From assembly GCA_003344405.1 (NCBI GenBank), contig NOWV01000014.1, forward strand, positions 496,001 through 560,000: a DNA stretch of 64,000 nt, given 5' to 3'. The notes beneath the pieces are model-generated. The model was not told where the DNA came from. It was given only the letters and a program-made list of their open reading frames with translations, and searched no databases. This document shows positions 38,201 to 52,023 of this stretch, piece after piece (position 1 is the first letter of the stretch; every line of letters starts with the position of its first letter). The stretch is from Trichoplax sp. H2. Taxonomy: Eukaryota. Both the position numbers and the translations under genes were made by a program.

Positions 38201-41200
38201 GTGTAAATGATTCGAAATCTATAACTTAGTAAACTATGCACCAAGATTTTGGCGATAAGACCTCGATTTATCCGATCATACTAATTAGACATAAATTACT
38301 GCAATCGTTTACTGCTCATAAGTTATTATTGATTGACAGCATCAATATCGATTGTAATATAATAGTTAAGTTCAAGGGTAATATACTATTATCATTATTA
38401 TTTATGGCTATCAATTATTATTTTTTTAATTCGTTAATGATACCATTGGCATCTTATATTATTAATAGATTTGCTCTTTCAAACCTTTTTGAATTTATAT
38501 TTACTAAAGAAAGAGTTGCTATTCTATCTTAATAAAATAGCTAAGAGATTTATTAGAATTTAAAATTTTAAATGCAAGTGGGAGGAGGCAAACGAAAAGT
38601 GAGAAAACACCTGCCGGTATTGACTAATTTTCATATTTGTTCATCCATCACGCTATCGATGGTATAAATATGTAGAATCAATTGAAAAATAAATGAACCG
38701 TACCCTTAAATATAGTTAGTATTGAATTGAATTTGATTATTGTAAAGGTATCACGAATGATGATGTTGATGGTACCTTAATGGGAATGACGGATTAAATT
38801 TAACTATGCGATGATTGATCAATTATTAAAATACGTTGCTAATTTTGCATTTTTATGATTAAACTAAGATTACTACTACTGTTATCATGAAAATGGTAGA
38901 TGAGAAAAAATATTGAAAATTCATTATTATAAAGTTATCATAACAATACATAATAACGATTACCAACTACAAAGCTAAAGTTAGGCCAGTTTTGTAATAT
39001 AATTGCCTATAGGCAATATAATTTTGAATGATAACATTAAAATCACATTAATATGAAATTTAAAATTAAAAATTACTTATAATCATCAATATAATGATAA
39101 AAAATTATTTGCTAATTATAATCAAGGATTACAGTGAAATCAATGAAAAATGGTATCTTGCAAACGATAGAAATTAGATTTATGCATTTAATTGAAAACA
39201 TCGAAATTTATCTTCTGTAATTTCTTTGTTTATATTATAAACATCAGATGAACTTAAATTTAATTAAAAAATTGATTAAATAATTAATGATTCACAAATA
39301 GTTTCACTATTGTGCAAGATTTTTCAACTGGGGACTAATAATAAATAGCAGCAACCACGGCTAAGATATTGATAGCAATAATAAAAATAAATACGAGCAA
39401 AAGTATGATCAGATTGATATTTGAGATGATAGCCCTTATTTATTAGCTTGCAATAGGATAAAGCTATCCATACAATTATATTGAGGACAGAAGCTATTTA
39501 AAATATTAGATCAAACGAGCGATGACAAAAATTATTGTACATATAATAACTTTAATCATGCATATCACGCAGTAGTCGGATCAATGCATTATTTTTGTCT
39601 TGTTCATATAATATTCATTAAATCAATCGTTATCTTCGATAGAATTTACTAGATTGATAATGTAATTCAGCACGAGAACTGGTTACTACCAAATGACAGT
39701 TACAAGTACGTTCATGATATTTTCTGTATCATGTAGTAAATTATCGTTGTAAAATTAGTTTAGAACTTATTCCTTAATTATTAAGGGTAAAATATCTGAA
39801 GACCGTGACCAGAAATGCTCGAAGTAGCTATATTGGTCAGTGAATTATACCAATAGCAATTTGTATTTTAAGATGAAAGACTAGATATAGCTAATATTGA
39901 TACCGAATTTCAAACCATACTGTACAGTTTGTGTCATTATATTCGATGATGTTAATGGCATCATAGTTAATAACATACACCAATTTTGTGATGTAAGATT
40001 TTATGACACTACCATTTACTGGAGTGACAATTGATTTGATAGGAGTAATGCGACTGTATGTTATTGACATGATTTTAATTACAAAAATAAAACTGATATT
40101 GGCTTCTTCAAATTATTTTATAAAAGATTCCATTTAATTAAGAGAAATTCTCTCACGCTTACACATTAAATACCTTTCACCATTATAAATGGAAAGAAAA
40201 TTAAAAACTCAGAACGTAAAATGTATGTCTTAGTACTGTACTTAATCAGAATTCTTAGTCATATTAAATACTTGAAATATAATCTTATGCTAAAAAAGTC
40301 TTAATTATATATTCAAATGTCTTTATGAAGGAAAAGTAATTCTATAGATAATATTAGATACTAATAAATTTAATACGGTAACTATACGACGTTAATATTT
40401 ATTTTGCTATGAATAAATATTAAGAAAAAGAGCATTAATGTCATTTTACCATTAACGTAATTTCACAACATATGCAGTGTAGATTAATATAGAAAAATTT
40501 ATTAATTTAATAGTGCAGAAGTAATTTTAAATCTAACTTTACTTTTTAAATGCAATCTAATTAGCTGATTGGAAACAGTCATCCCTTATTGTATAATTTT
40601 TATAAGTCTTTAGTTGCCTTCCAAAGAAATAGTAAATAAGCTAGCCTTTATTAGTAAAGTAGTAGATTCTGTGTTAAAGGATATGTAATTATATAGATTT
40701 TTGATTAAAGTTGAAAGATGAAGTAACGTTATATTCAGTGTTAGCTTTAGGATAGCAATAAAAATGATGTATCTAACACTTCCAATGAGTGATTGCAATG
40801 GTATAAAACTCATTTATCGTATGAAATCACGGTTAGATAAGCGTTACATAGAATTCATAACGTCATTAATGAATCTAAGCTAGATTTAACTGATATATCA
40901 TGTGAATAAATGGCGAACAACAATAAATAAATCAAGCGTTTAATTATTTCTCTAAGGATAACAATAGCTTGAATACTATGCAAATACAACAGTTAAAATG
41001 AAATCTAAACCGAAATACAGTGTAAGTAGTATTTTAATTGTATTTCCTTCGACAGTCTACTCTTTCATCTGCTATTTGCATTCAATTCAAGCTAAAATTT
41101 AAAATTTTACTGCTAGTGCCGTACGTCAATTAGATAAGCTACAAAACAATTCTGCTTTTAAAGTTGTTTAAATAAACTAAGTTTTACTTAACTTGCTATA

Positions 41201-44200
41201 AGCTGATCTTTAGTAGCAGCAGATCGAGAAAAACCAAAAGCAGGCTACGTTATTGTCAGTAGAGTATAGTATATGGAATATATGAATGTCAATGAAACGA
41301 GATAATGGACCTAAAAATTATTAAGGCGCAATCATAAAATCGTAATCTGCAATAAGCTGTTGCTTGGAAAAGCTTTCTGACTGCATTGTATAGTATATAC
41401 ATACTCTTATTTCACGTGAAAACTACCGTAGGATTAGTTGACGTACTTAGTGCACTGAATTGCATACGAATTTCTATTTTATGAATTGATTGTTACTAAT
41501 GTCTATTAATTCTAATATTAACGTTTTCTTGAATATTTTAATATTTCAAGTTAATTTACTATAAAGCTGACACATTAAATATTATTCATTACATTCATAT
41601 TAGCGTAGCTAGATATACGGGTACTTCTGGTCAAACTACTGATTCTAGCAATTTATTAACGGGTCTACTAATTTAATAATCAACTTGTATTAGCAAATTA
41701 TGCAATCATTATGCATACTATTACTGAATTAGGTGAACTTTTTGATCAACCTTTCAAAGGATGCTGTTGATAATAATTAGACGCTTTAAAAAACAACTAT
41801 TATGATAGCCAAGTTTGAGTGAGGAGATAAATGCTTACGGAATAGCTACCTTAAACGTAATACGGTTTAGAATGTATCCTAGTTATTATCTTATATTGTA
41901 CAATGATCGCATGAAATTATCAAGTTTTTGCTTATTTATGATCGCTGTAGAGTTTTAAGAATGAATAATACGCCACCGATCATATTCTCCTGAAATTAAA
42001 ATTACTACTGTAATATTTCGGTAATCACTAATTGATAATGATGATGCTTGTTATCAATTTATTACAAAAATTGTAGTACTAGTTTGCTTTATAATTGTTG
42101 CCGTATGTACCACTACAGCTGACTAGGAGACGAAAATAATGGTTGACAACGCTTAGCAAAATAAGCAATCGCCTGTATTAATCATGTCTCAATAAGACAA
42201 AAAATGCTAAATGAAGTATAATTTAATATTGAATATCATTGCATTTTTTACGTTTGTTCAACGTGATATCTGAATTGCGAGATGTGACTGCATTTTCGCT
42301 AGCCAATTCCCGTATACTCAGACCGTGCGTTGTTATTATACATTAACACAAGTCCGAGCGATGTAGGGTACTTTAAATGCCAGGAACTTAACCAAAGCAT
42401 AACGCTGTAAATAACAGTCCGTCAAATCTGCTTCCAGTTACAATGACACAACTTCTCCGACAATTGACATATAGCCTGGTAGTCATTCAATATATTATAT
42501 TTATTTACAATTAAATTACGTATGGTAATTCATCAATAACTGTTGAATTTACAAATATTATACCTACTGTATAACTAGTTGTCAACCCAGATAACTAACG
42601 AATCTTGTACGCTCATATACAATTATGACAAAACATACCAAAGATTTTTCTGTGTTTTTCTTTTATCTTGAACTACGTTATTTATCAGAGTCAGTTCTCT
42701 GTGACAATCGTAAATCTTTCTCCTGGAGTTTCCATAATAGAAATAACATAGACCGTCTCCTTATACGTAAACGATAAATTATCAAACTCTCTTTATTACT
42801 TTGTACACTAAGTTTAAATACTATTTACATGTCATTATGCAACATTACTTGAACAAACCATAGAACAACAATCGTCACATCATCGTAGGCTGAAAGTAAA
42901 TTACTCTAAAGTACAGAATCTACTATCACTACGGAGAACTAATTAATGCACATATTATATTATGAGCCTGTACTACAATATCCCTTGAATAGGAGGTATT
43001 GATTGATCTATCTCTACAATTCTGCATCACCCATGCAATCTAAATATGGTAAAACGCAAGGTTGCAGTTATTTCCAGCGTAAGTACAATAATCCATGTTT
43101 TCTATTTATAAAGAGTAGAGTACATATGCGGGTGTATAGCCCTGATAATAAGCCATCTACTGTATTAAAAGTCAATACAATAAATTGATACTTTACGGTG
43201 ATCTAACACCTTGGCGATAATATTTTGGACGTGCAATTTAGCCATTTAAGTCTAAAGAACAAACCATTCTCTATCTTTTGTTACATTCAGGTTGTTGTGT
43301 TATGTATCTCGAAATTTGAGGTGCCCATCTGCCCATCTTATTGCCGTGCAAGTCTTGTAATTGATGATTAAGAATCAGTAAATTTATTTGATGCGTATTT
43401 TCACAATCTGAGACTCAACAGAACGATAAAGTGCAGAAATAGTCATTATTAACAATGGGAATAAATGACAATGTCGAGGATAGGGATATTCCACATCGCT
43501 GATGACGAATGATTTTATTCTACAGGTATTCACTGCTTGTGCTGCCTTGACGTAGACTTTATGCAGGAAAAACTGATCAACCTGTCAATGCAGGAAAATA
43601 GAAAAGTGTAAGCAGATCAGGAGACAACAGACACTCTTAGCAATAGGTCATAAAAAGGAAATAGAAATCAACTCAGGCCCAGGAGGTAGAATAATATACT
43701 CGCATCTTTGTCGGTAGTTGTGGGGGTAAATAGTTCATACTCCATAAGGAACAGATTGAGGAGGAGAATATTACAAGAGAATGATTTCTTGAGCGCATAC
43801 CGGCACAAGATAGGATGAGAATGAAGGCGGCAGAACATATTAAATACTCACAGTAAAGTAGAAGGTAGTGCAATTTTCGATCAATACATAGGTAACCTCG
43901 CATTTTACCAACAATTTACGATGTATAACCTATGAGCATAAATCGATCAGTTTTATTTATTCTACAGTATGATGATAACTAATTTATTACGGGGAGAATT
44001 AATATTTTTTTACTTTCTATTATTTTCCCTAAAGTATATTTCCATTCGATATCTAATATACGCGTATGCGCGTGATCTACGGCATACCAAAATTCTGCGC
44101 CCCTGTACTTTACCGTTTAATCGATATACTGTAGTACAGCTAATTATAACGTGAAATCGTGATCGGACCAGTGAGTGTAAATGATTATAGCACTACAGGA

Positions 44201-44918
44201 AATCAGTTTCAACGACATTTAATTCTATTACAGATTCGTAGTAAGAAGTTGGTACGCGTATTTCACAAAGTTGTTCGCCCTGATATCACATTAAGAGTAC
44301 AGTATATTCGTACACGCATCCTGTTGTAGCGTTGCTGTGAAACCCTAACCCTAACAACATATGCGTATATCATGCATAGTCATGTTGTGGAGTTACACAG
44401 TAACATGTTGTTTCTTGTAGCTAAACGGTATAATATTCGTATCACCAGGGACTCCTTGTTTATTTTTATTTTTCCCTGCAATCGAGAAGTCCCAGATATT
44501 TCCATATTAAAAAATGATTCATGCACTGCTTCTACTCTATCTGTAAATCTGTGGATTTACCAAGGTACTGTTTATTGGCCATTCTGTAAAATGAAGGTTA
44601 TCTCTTTTTAGAGTAATCAGCTTTACCCTTAGATCATAGCGTGCGAATAAGGCATCCCATACTGTATTCTAATATATTAATTATAGTCGATAACTTACAC
44701 AGAAGCTCAGAGATAGAATTCAATACGCAACCATTTCCCCGCTGGTGATACTTTGCTTGAAATTACACTTATAAATTGATACCTATGCCACTAAACTTCA
44801 GCCTAATAAGTAAAAAGCATCTTGTACGATATTACACTTTGATATAATTGGCTGTACTTCACCGCCGCCTATTACTGTACTACACCTCGAAAATATAGTT
44901 GTCATCATTCTTGAAAGA

Positions 44919-45061
44919 GTTGCCGGCAACGGTAGCAACCCTACCGTATCTACTATCCTAGTAGATTTCTAGTTCGTTGTACTAGGCATACGCTACTTGT
45001 GATTTTTACTTTATTCATTCCCCGGAACATTAATACCGACGTGTATGTTGGAAGTTCCAAC
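44919..45061. promoter_or_regulatory. Palindrome cluster containing an RFX X-box-like site
   Basis: GTTGCCGGCAAC (44919-44930) fits GTNRCC(N0-3)RGYAAC and is followed by further adjacent inverted repeats. Confidence 0.35.
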
Positions 45062-48000
45062 TACGGTACAGCAGTTAGATGTATAATAAAAAGTGTAATA
45101 TGGCACAATATGGAAGTGTCTAGCTAACATTTTGGACATTCTGGATCCCTGGTAGATAATGTACAGTGTCATGAACTACTAGAAAGAAGAGAAAGGGAAT
45201 AGACACGATCGTTGCCGATACAGGCGATGACCAAACCGATTTTTCTGCAGGTCATTTCAAGTTTCCACCATGCTCCGAATTAGCTGCCAGATTGATTTTA
45301 TACAGTTACAGCTGTAGTGTATTGTAAAATGAATGATAAAAAAAGATCGGTCTCCTCATCTTTTGTAGCTTTCGTCTAGTCTTGGTCCTGGATGTCCCAG
45401 ATGAAAACAATAATATTGTATATTGGACTGTGCTGTACCATGAACTACTAAAATACAGCTGCATCTAGTAGTCCTTGAGTGGAATGCATTACTGTCTGCG
45501 CTATTGACATTTGATTGTTTCCACTCTATTCAATATACCGTAGATAAATGTTGCAACTAAATGGGCCAAAAGTATCGATACAATGTCGATTTCGTCAATC
45601 GAACACGAATCTAACCGAAGTCTTCCGATAGTAAATAAAATAACATAACCAGCAAAATGGCGTATACTCACTGTAGTGTGTAATAGGGTCGATGGGAGCA
45701 TGTCCGTCCGTCTCTTTTCTTTCTGGACAAGTTGCCTACAGTACTGTAGTGGATCGTTACGGTCCAAGTGTACTGCAGCGTCTAAAGTACTGTACAGTAC
45801 TGTACGTACTGTCTTAGCTACACCTGACCAGACGGACAGGACATTTTAAGAGATTTTCTTCTCTTTTAATTATTAATATGGCTTTATAACGTGCTGCTGG
45901 CTCAATGGACGGCGGTTATTGTTGCAAATCGTCAAGGGTAAATCTTGCCCTTGACAATACTTGTGAAATAATCACAATATAAATTAGCCAAAAATAAATG
46001 CTACATAACTGAACAGAACCTGTCTGGCTTACAGGCGTTTACTGAGCAGTAGTATGCAGTAAATGAAGCATAGAAAACTGGTTGATATTGGAGATGAACT
46101 CTGTGGGAAAAGGGGAGAAATCATCTCATAGCTCGACGTGAAACTTTATTGCAATTTTTTTTCTAATTACCAGATTAGAGTAAATCCACGTTTGATACAA
46201 TAGAATAGATGGCATGCCAATGTTGATCAAATCCCAACTTAGAAAGTAGTTATAGTGATCTGAAAATTCAGTATGGGATTTGTATCAAAATACTGTAGGA
46301 GCCGTCGTAGATCACGAGTTTGGGTGGGGGTTAGGATACGGTGAAACAGAGACTACTTTGGTATAAAGATGCTGCTGAAAAATTTCATTCATTCCACTTT
46401 AATTAAATATATATATATATATATCGATATAATTACTGAATTAGACAGATAGTTGATACGCTAAGGGCCCATAGGATGAAGATATTTTACTTTATCATAC
46501 AGTGAACTAGTGATACAGTACTGCCAATCATATTATTACCATTGCTTCAACTTTTGTAGGAAAAACAAGAAGCAATTCAGCGAATGGATATTTGCCCTAC
46601 TGGGGAGAGAAAACTTTTAATGTCGTAGAAATCCCTCCCTCACCACATCACACACATTTAACAATGGTCTAGAATTTATATTACCGTCTGTAGATAGTTG
46701 CATCATGCAAAGTAGTCTACAGCAAATGGACAAATAAGGACCTTTCATACAGCTATGTTTTTGATGACAGTCCTTGTTTCCTTCGGATTCGGATGCATTT
46801 AATACGTGTATTAGAAAATTGATCATGTTGTAGCTATACGCGTATACTGTAAATGTTCAATTATTTTGTAGGTATATCTATTTATCTATATTGTTGACAG
46901 AAAAGGAGACTTGAATATAATGTGCAGATGTCTTTATTTTTAATATTTTACTTCTATTATTTAGTAATTCAATAACTTTCTACGTGATGGCCATTAATAG
47001 TACAATTGCTATTACTATCAATTGGGGATGAATGGAAATGGCATGACTACTATACTATCCCTTGACTTACAGTATACATAAACTCGGTTGAAAACTTCGA
47101 TATAAAAAGATAATAATAATACTAATAACATAAAACACACCTAAATAAGAGTAAATAATAAAATGTTACTATTATCCATCTGTAATTTTGTCCTTTCCAA
47201 ATTAGAATCAAAAAAGGTTGAAAATACCACGGCTTTACCATGCCGAATAGCGATGAAAAAAAAGAAAAAAGGAAACCACCCCTGAAGATCAATTTATAAG
47301 TTCAAGTTTTATCCTGCAACGTTGAATCTTGAGATAAATTAAAAGTCTTTTGTCATAATTTAGTAGCGCTTGAACTGGCGATATACTATGCTATATACTC
47401 TATCAAGATACACTATCCCAACATTTTATATACATTAATAATATTATAATAATAAAACATAGGTTAAGTTTTGTTTCTCTATCTTTTCTATGTGTACATT
47501 TGCAACATACTATGGTGACTAACTTTTAAACCTCTTAAGACAATCACCGAATACCTCACCTAGGGTTTAGGTAGTGCCTCTCATAGGCACTTATACATTC
47601 AATCTCTAGTAAACGTTACTTAGTTGTACTATTCCATTATGATAACCCTATCTAATACTACGAAGGAGGAGAAATAAATGCTTCAAAATCGAGCAGTGCT
47701 GTTGCAAATTAAAAGTTATTTAAAAGCTACTATTCTAATTTTGCACAACTTTTGAAATAAAGTATAACGACGACGATGACGAGAATAATTAGCTGACAAA
47801 TTAAAATGTCAACTTTTTATTCATTTATCAAGCATTCTTTACTTTCACATTTGCAAAACTGCTCATTATCATTATGATGCATGCACACCTTATGTATAAT
47901 GTAGTAGAATATCTTTCTTATGCCAAATACATCGATATCAAACTGAAGAAATAGACCAATAATTAATACGCCGTCAAATAATCATTATAATAATAATGAT

Positions 48001-48848
48001 GATAATAACAACAACAACATGAAGTCGTCCACTTAAATATGGCAAGAACATCAAGCAATTATTGAGAATATGGAATCGTAGCGTTGTAATACAACTATAG
48101 ATAAGTTGGATCAAAATAAAAAAAAGATGTCATTATTTTAGTCAAATTTCATTTTATAATATTGGCATGTTATCGTCTAATTGAGCCAGTCAAGAAATTA
48201 AGGACAGAAAATGCGATATTACACCAAATATTGTTTCTTATATTGTCTCTTAGGAGCTTTTTGTCTGGATTGTAAAAGAGAAACCAATAAGATGGAATAT
48301 TAAAAATGGATCTGAATCAAGCTGTCAACAAAGATGATTATAAATCTATTGTTTGTAGGAATATTGTTTTCTTGGCCAATGCTGATGTTTTAAAATCGGT
48401 TTTGTCTCCATCCAATAATAAATTATGATGTAGATGATGATTGTCATTCTGATTTCAAGTTTTTTAGTATTGGTATGATAATACTGTATCGACTAGATTA
48501 CTATTACCTATAGCTTTCGATGAATAAACAGTCAACTTCAACGTAATATGCTTACTATATTCGGCATAATACAATTCCCAATTATACAGTATTAATGTGC
48601 AGTAGTTATTAGCTCTCTCTATCGACAACATTTTTAACTGATTCTACTGTTGGATAATAAACAATTGGCATCGTATTATGATTGATTTCAAAATCGAATG
48701 ACGATTGTGGAGTAAAGCGCGTGTTCAATTCTATCTGTGTTTATATGGTTTGGGGGAAAAAAAATCAGCCAATTGAATCGTTGATCGACTTCTCTCTTAT
48801 TCTTTCGCTCTTTATTACTTTATCAAGATAGAAAATTTCATCTTTTAG

Positions 48849-48898
48849 GTAGTCTGAGCTACCATCGAAAGCAATCTACCTTAGCGTCGGAAAATAAG
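48849..48898 (+). CDS. Candidate upstream exon of the PEA3 gene
   Basis: TCTTTTAG| ... AAG|GTAAAC. Open in the frame (SLSYHRKQSTLASENK) that splices in phase 0 to 52024. Could instead be UTR. Confidence 0.4.
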
Positions 48899-51800
48899 GT
48901 AAACTTTTGTAAATTAGATAGTTTATCTCTAATGTTCAACTTTTTTTTCCGGGATCCTATATCCAGCCAATACTATTTTTTTTTAATCGAGAGAAGCGAA
49001 AGGCTAAGTTGTTAGTGTTATAACAGTACTTCATTACGGTAGAATATTCAATTTTTTATACTTACCAATACATACTTCAATCTTCTACAGTGCTTTTTTT
49101 CTCTTGCGATTTTTTTATTTATTAAGCTATAGCATTTTATGATGCTATAAGGTCCTTATCCTTTTTTCTCCATTTACCAATCTAAATATGATCTTCCTAA
49201 ATACGATTCTATGCCATGCCATTATCCTCGCCCTAATGATACTGCTTATCATTTGAAATTTAATTCCATTCCCTTCCTTTTTAGCTTTTCGTCCGTCTTT
49301 CTATGACAATAAATGCAAATGACAATTTTATCTCACTTTAGATTTGGCCTACGATATCATCTCTACCAATACACGTTCTCCTTGCAATAAAATATTCTTC
49401 AATCTTGTAAACTGTACTGTAGTAAAATAGAAGATCTTCGCATTCTTCTACAGTATAAACCATTTTATTTTCTCTCTTTAAATTTTTCATCTGTATTCAT
49501 TTTTTACCGATTAGGTCTATCGATAATACTAGCACTACTAAGCATCATTTCTACGTACTATATTATTATGGTAGATAAAAATAATAATCAAGTCCACCCG
49601 ATCCTCATCCTTTACTTTCACAAACTGTTTCTGTCTTAACAGATTTTCTTCCATTCATTACTGTTTGCTATTATAACGTCGCTAATTTAAAGAATGCGGA
49701 CAAGAAATAGTTTACCCATCCATTCAATCTTTCTATGCGGATTTCTCAGTTTCCGTTAATATTTGTCGGCGTGTATACCACCTAAATGCAGGCGTACTGT
49801 CCAAAGTATAAGATATGTCATGGTGATTAAATTATTTAAATAACTAAAATTCCATACTACAATACATTATGACTATGGACGATTCCACTCTTATCCATTT
49901 ATAAAATAAATTTTAGAAAACTTTTCTATGATATCATTTACAGGCAGAGTTGTAGCTAATAGAAAGGGTTTAAAGGTGAGGGTTAATTTCTCCATTAAAC
50001 CATATTATAGAAGATATCAAGATTGCTGTATCAGATACTTTTCAACTGTATTGAACAGTTAATCTTCTCCTGGTTGCAATAGTATTTAATCTCATGTGCG
50101 CTATATGCACTAGCTTTAAGCTAATTTACTAATTCATTAAAAATCATTAAAATCATGACAAACTTTAGGGTAGGAAAAGTTAAAACAGAGCAAATTTTCC
50201 TTCAATAACGTCGCTACTCAATAGGGCGAAGCTAAATAGTACTGAACATCACTCGACAATATACTTCTACCTTCTAACCAATTTCTTGCTGTAATAGTTA
50301 TATTCTGTATATCTGTTAATTTAATATTTTACACAAAATTTCTTACCTAACCGTGTGATAAAACTTAGGCGTATTCATCGTGACTGAATTTTGAGGTTTT
50401 ACCCTGTTATAATTATATAGACCATCAACTCGATGTTATAAGCAAACATTACTACTGCGGTAAAATGTGCCGATAAAACTGCACGAATGCCCTTACTCTA
50501 TTCCCAATAAAAATCTGACCAATTTTATTTCTAAAGTTGAAACATTACTGGGCTTCGATTGAACAATGCCATTACAGTAGATCTTCTTTACTGGCATTTA
50601 GCATGTTCTACCATACATTAATGCAACTTTTGTTCTCTAAAGATCAAACAGTGTTTTATTGTATAATGATAGTTGGGACATTTTTTTGATCAGCAATGAA
50701 CGTCATATGTAATTCAAACTCATTCTCAACGTTCTAATGGTTAAAATTTCGTAGTTAGATTACTTGTACAAGCTAAGCTGTTATTTTATACCTTTCACAT
50801 GATAATAAAATAATGGGCACACCTAATTTTTTATCACCCATTGAAGAAATGACTGATGCTATGTAATTCCAAATCCAATGTTCTCCTTCAGTGTTAAAAA
50901 TTGGTAACTAGCCTTGAGTTAGCTTCTAATGTTACATCTTTTATTAAATTCTATCTGGTTGTTTTTCCTTACTTTAGCTACTTGCTACTAAGATTAGAAA
51001 TTAACGTTAAACGACCAGGGTTTTAAAACTTAACGACTCAAAGAAATTCATCGCCAATCAACTATTAGTACGGTAAAAAATATAGCTACCTTATTTTGAC
51101 TCTTTTGGCCTGTCTACACGTAATGTACCGAGGCGATTTGGAACTCTACGATCAAGACGTTCCATTCTATCATAATCAGGTATATTGGAATACATATCAA
51201 TTTCATCTTTCTCTTCTGTTGTATAACTCTAGTATAGGCTCATGATATCGTCTATTTTAGCATGAGTTTTTATCGTATTTCAGCTAGTTGATTATAATTC
51301 TCATATCAAAGGGCAATTTCAAAGCATTGCCACCATAGTTCATTTTGATGCAAAAATATCGACATAGATATTCAATTTTAATCGTCTTATAATGATTCAA
51401 CTTTGAACCTGATCAGTTAAGGGCAAAATAAAAGTATTCCGGATAGCTTACGATTGAACCCTCTTTTCAATTCTATCGGAATTAGTCTTTTCATCACTTA
51501 TATTGTGTAGCCGCTAACATACCACTTTCATTAAAACAAAAATGGAATGTTAGGCAGTGTTAATGATTACAATATCGATTTTTGTAATTTTATTTTATGA
51601 GAGTCAACATATCAAGAAGCGAAAGCAGGTCTTGACGGTATAGTAAGAGTGAAAATGATATCAAACAACCGTACGAAAAGTCCTTTTTAACATTAACTTG
51701 ATGAACAATTCTGAATTGATCAATAGCATAATTGATATTCTTTGATCATGCTGCAATCATAATACTTGATTGAATCCAATAAGTCATTTATGGGCATGTT

Positions 51801-52023
51801 GATCCTTTCTTTGATGGTATATTACACTCACTATCGCGATGACTGTCATGATAGGATAGAAATGTCTTGATATAATTTCTGTCCTTTGCTTAGTGCCTAA
51901 ATATTACAATCTAATCGATGGCAGAAAATTAAAAAAACATTTCCTCTATTAACTTCAATAGATACTGAATTGAAAATAAGAAACTTTCTTTTCTAAGGAG
52001 TATCTGCATTTTATCTGTCCTAG

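Noticed and set aside
43526-43610. Exon-like segment TTCTACAG|...|GTAAGC on the plus strand
   Set aside because: No recognisable peptide or partner exon; cannot be distinguished from chance without RNA data
44341-44355. AACCCTAACCCTAAC telomere-like repeat
   Set aside because: Only about 2.5 units; compatible with chance
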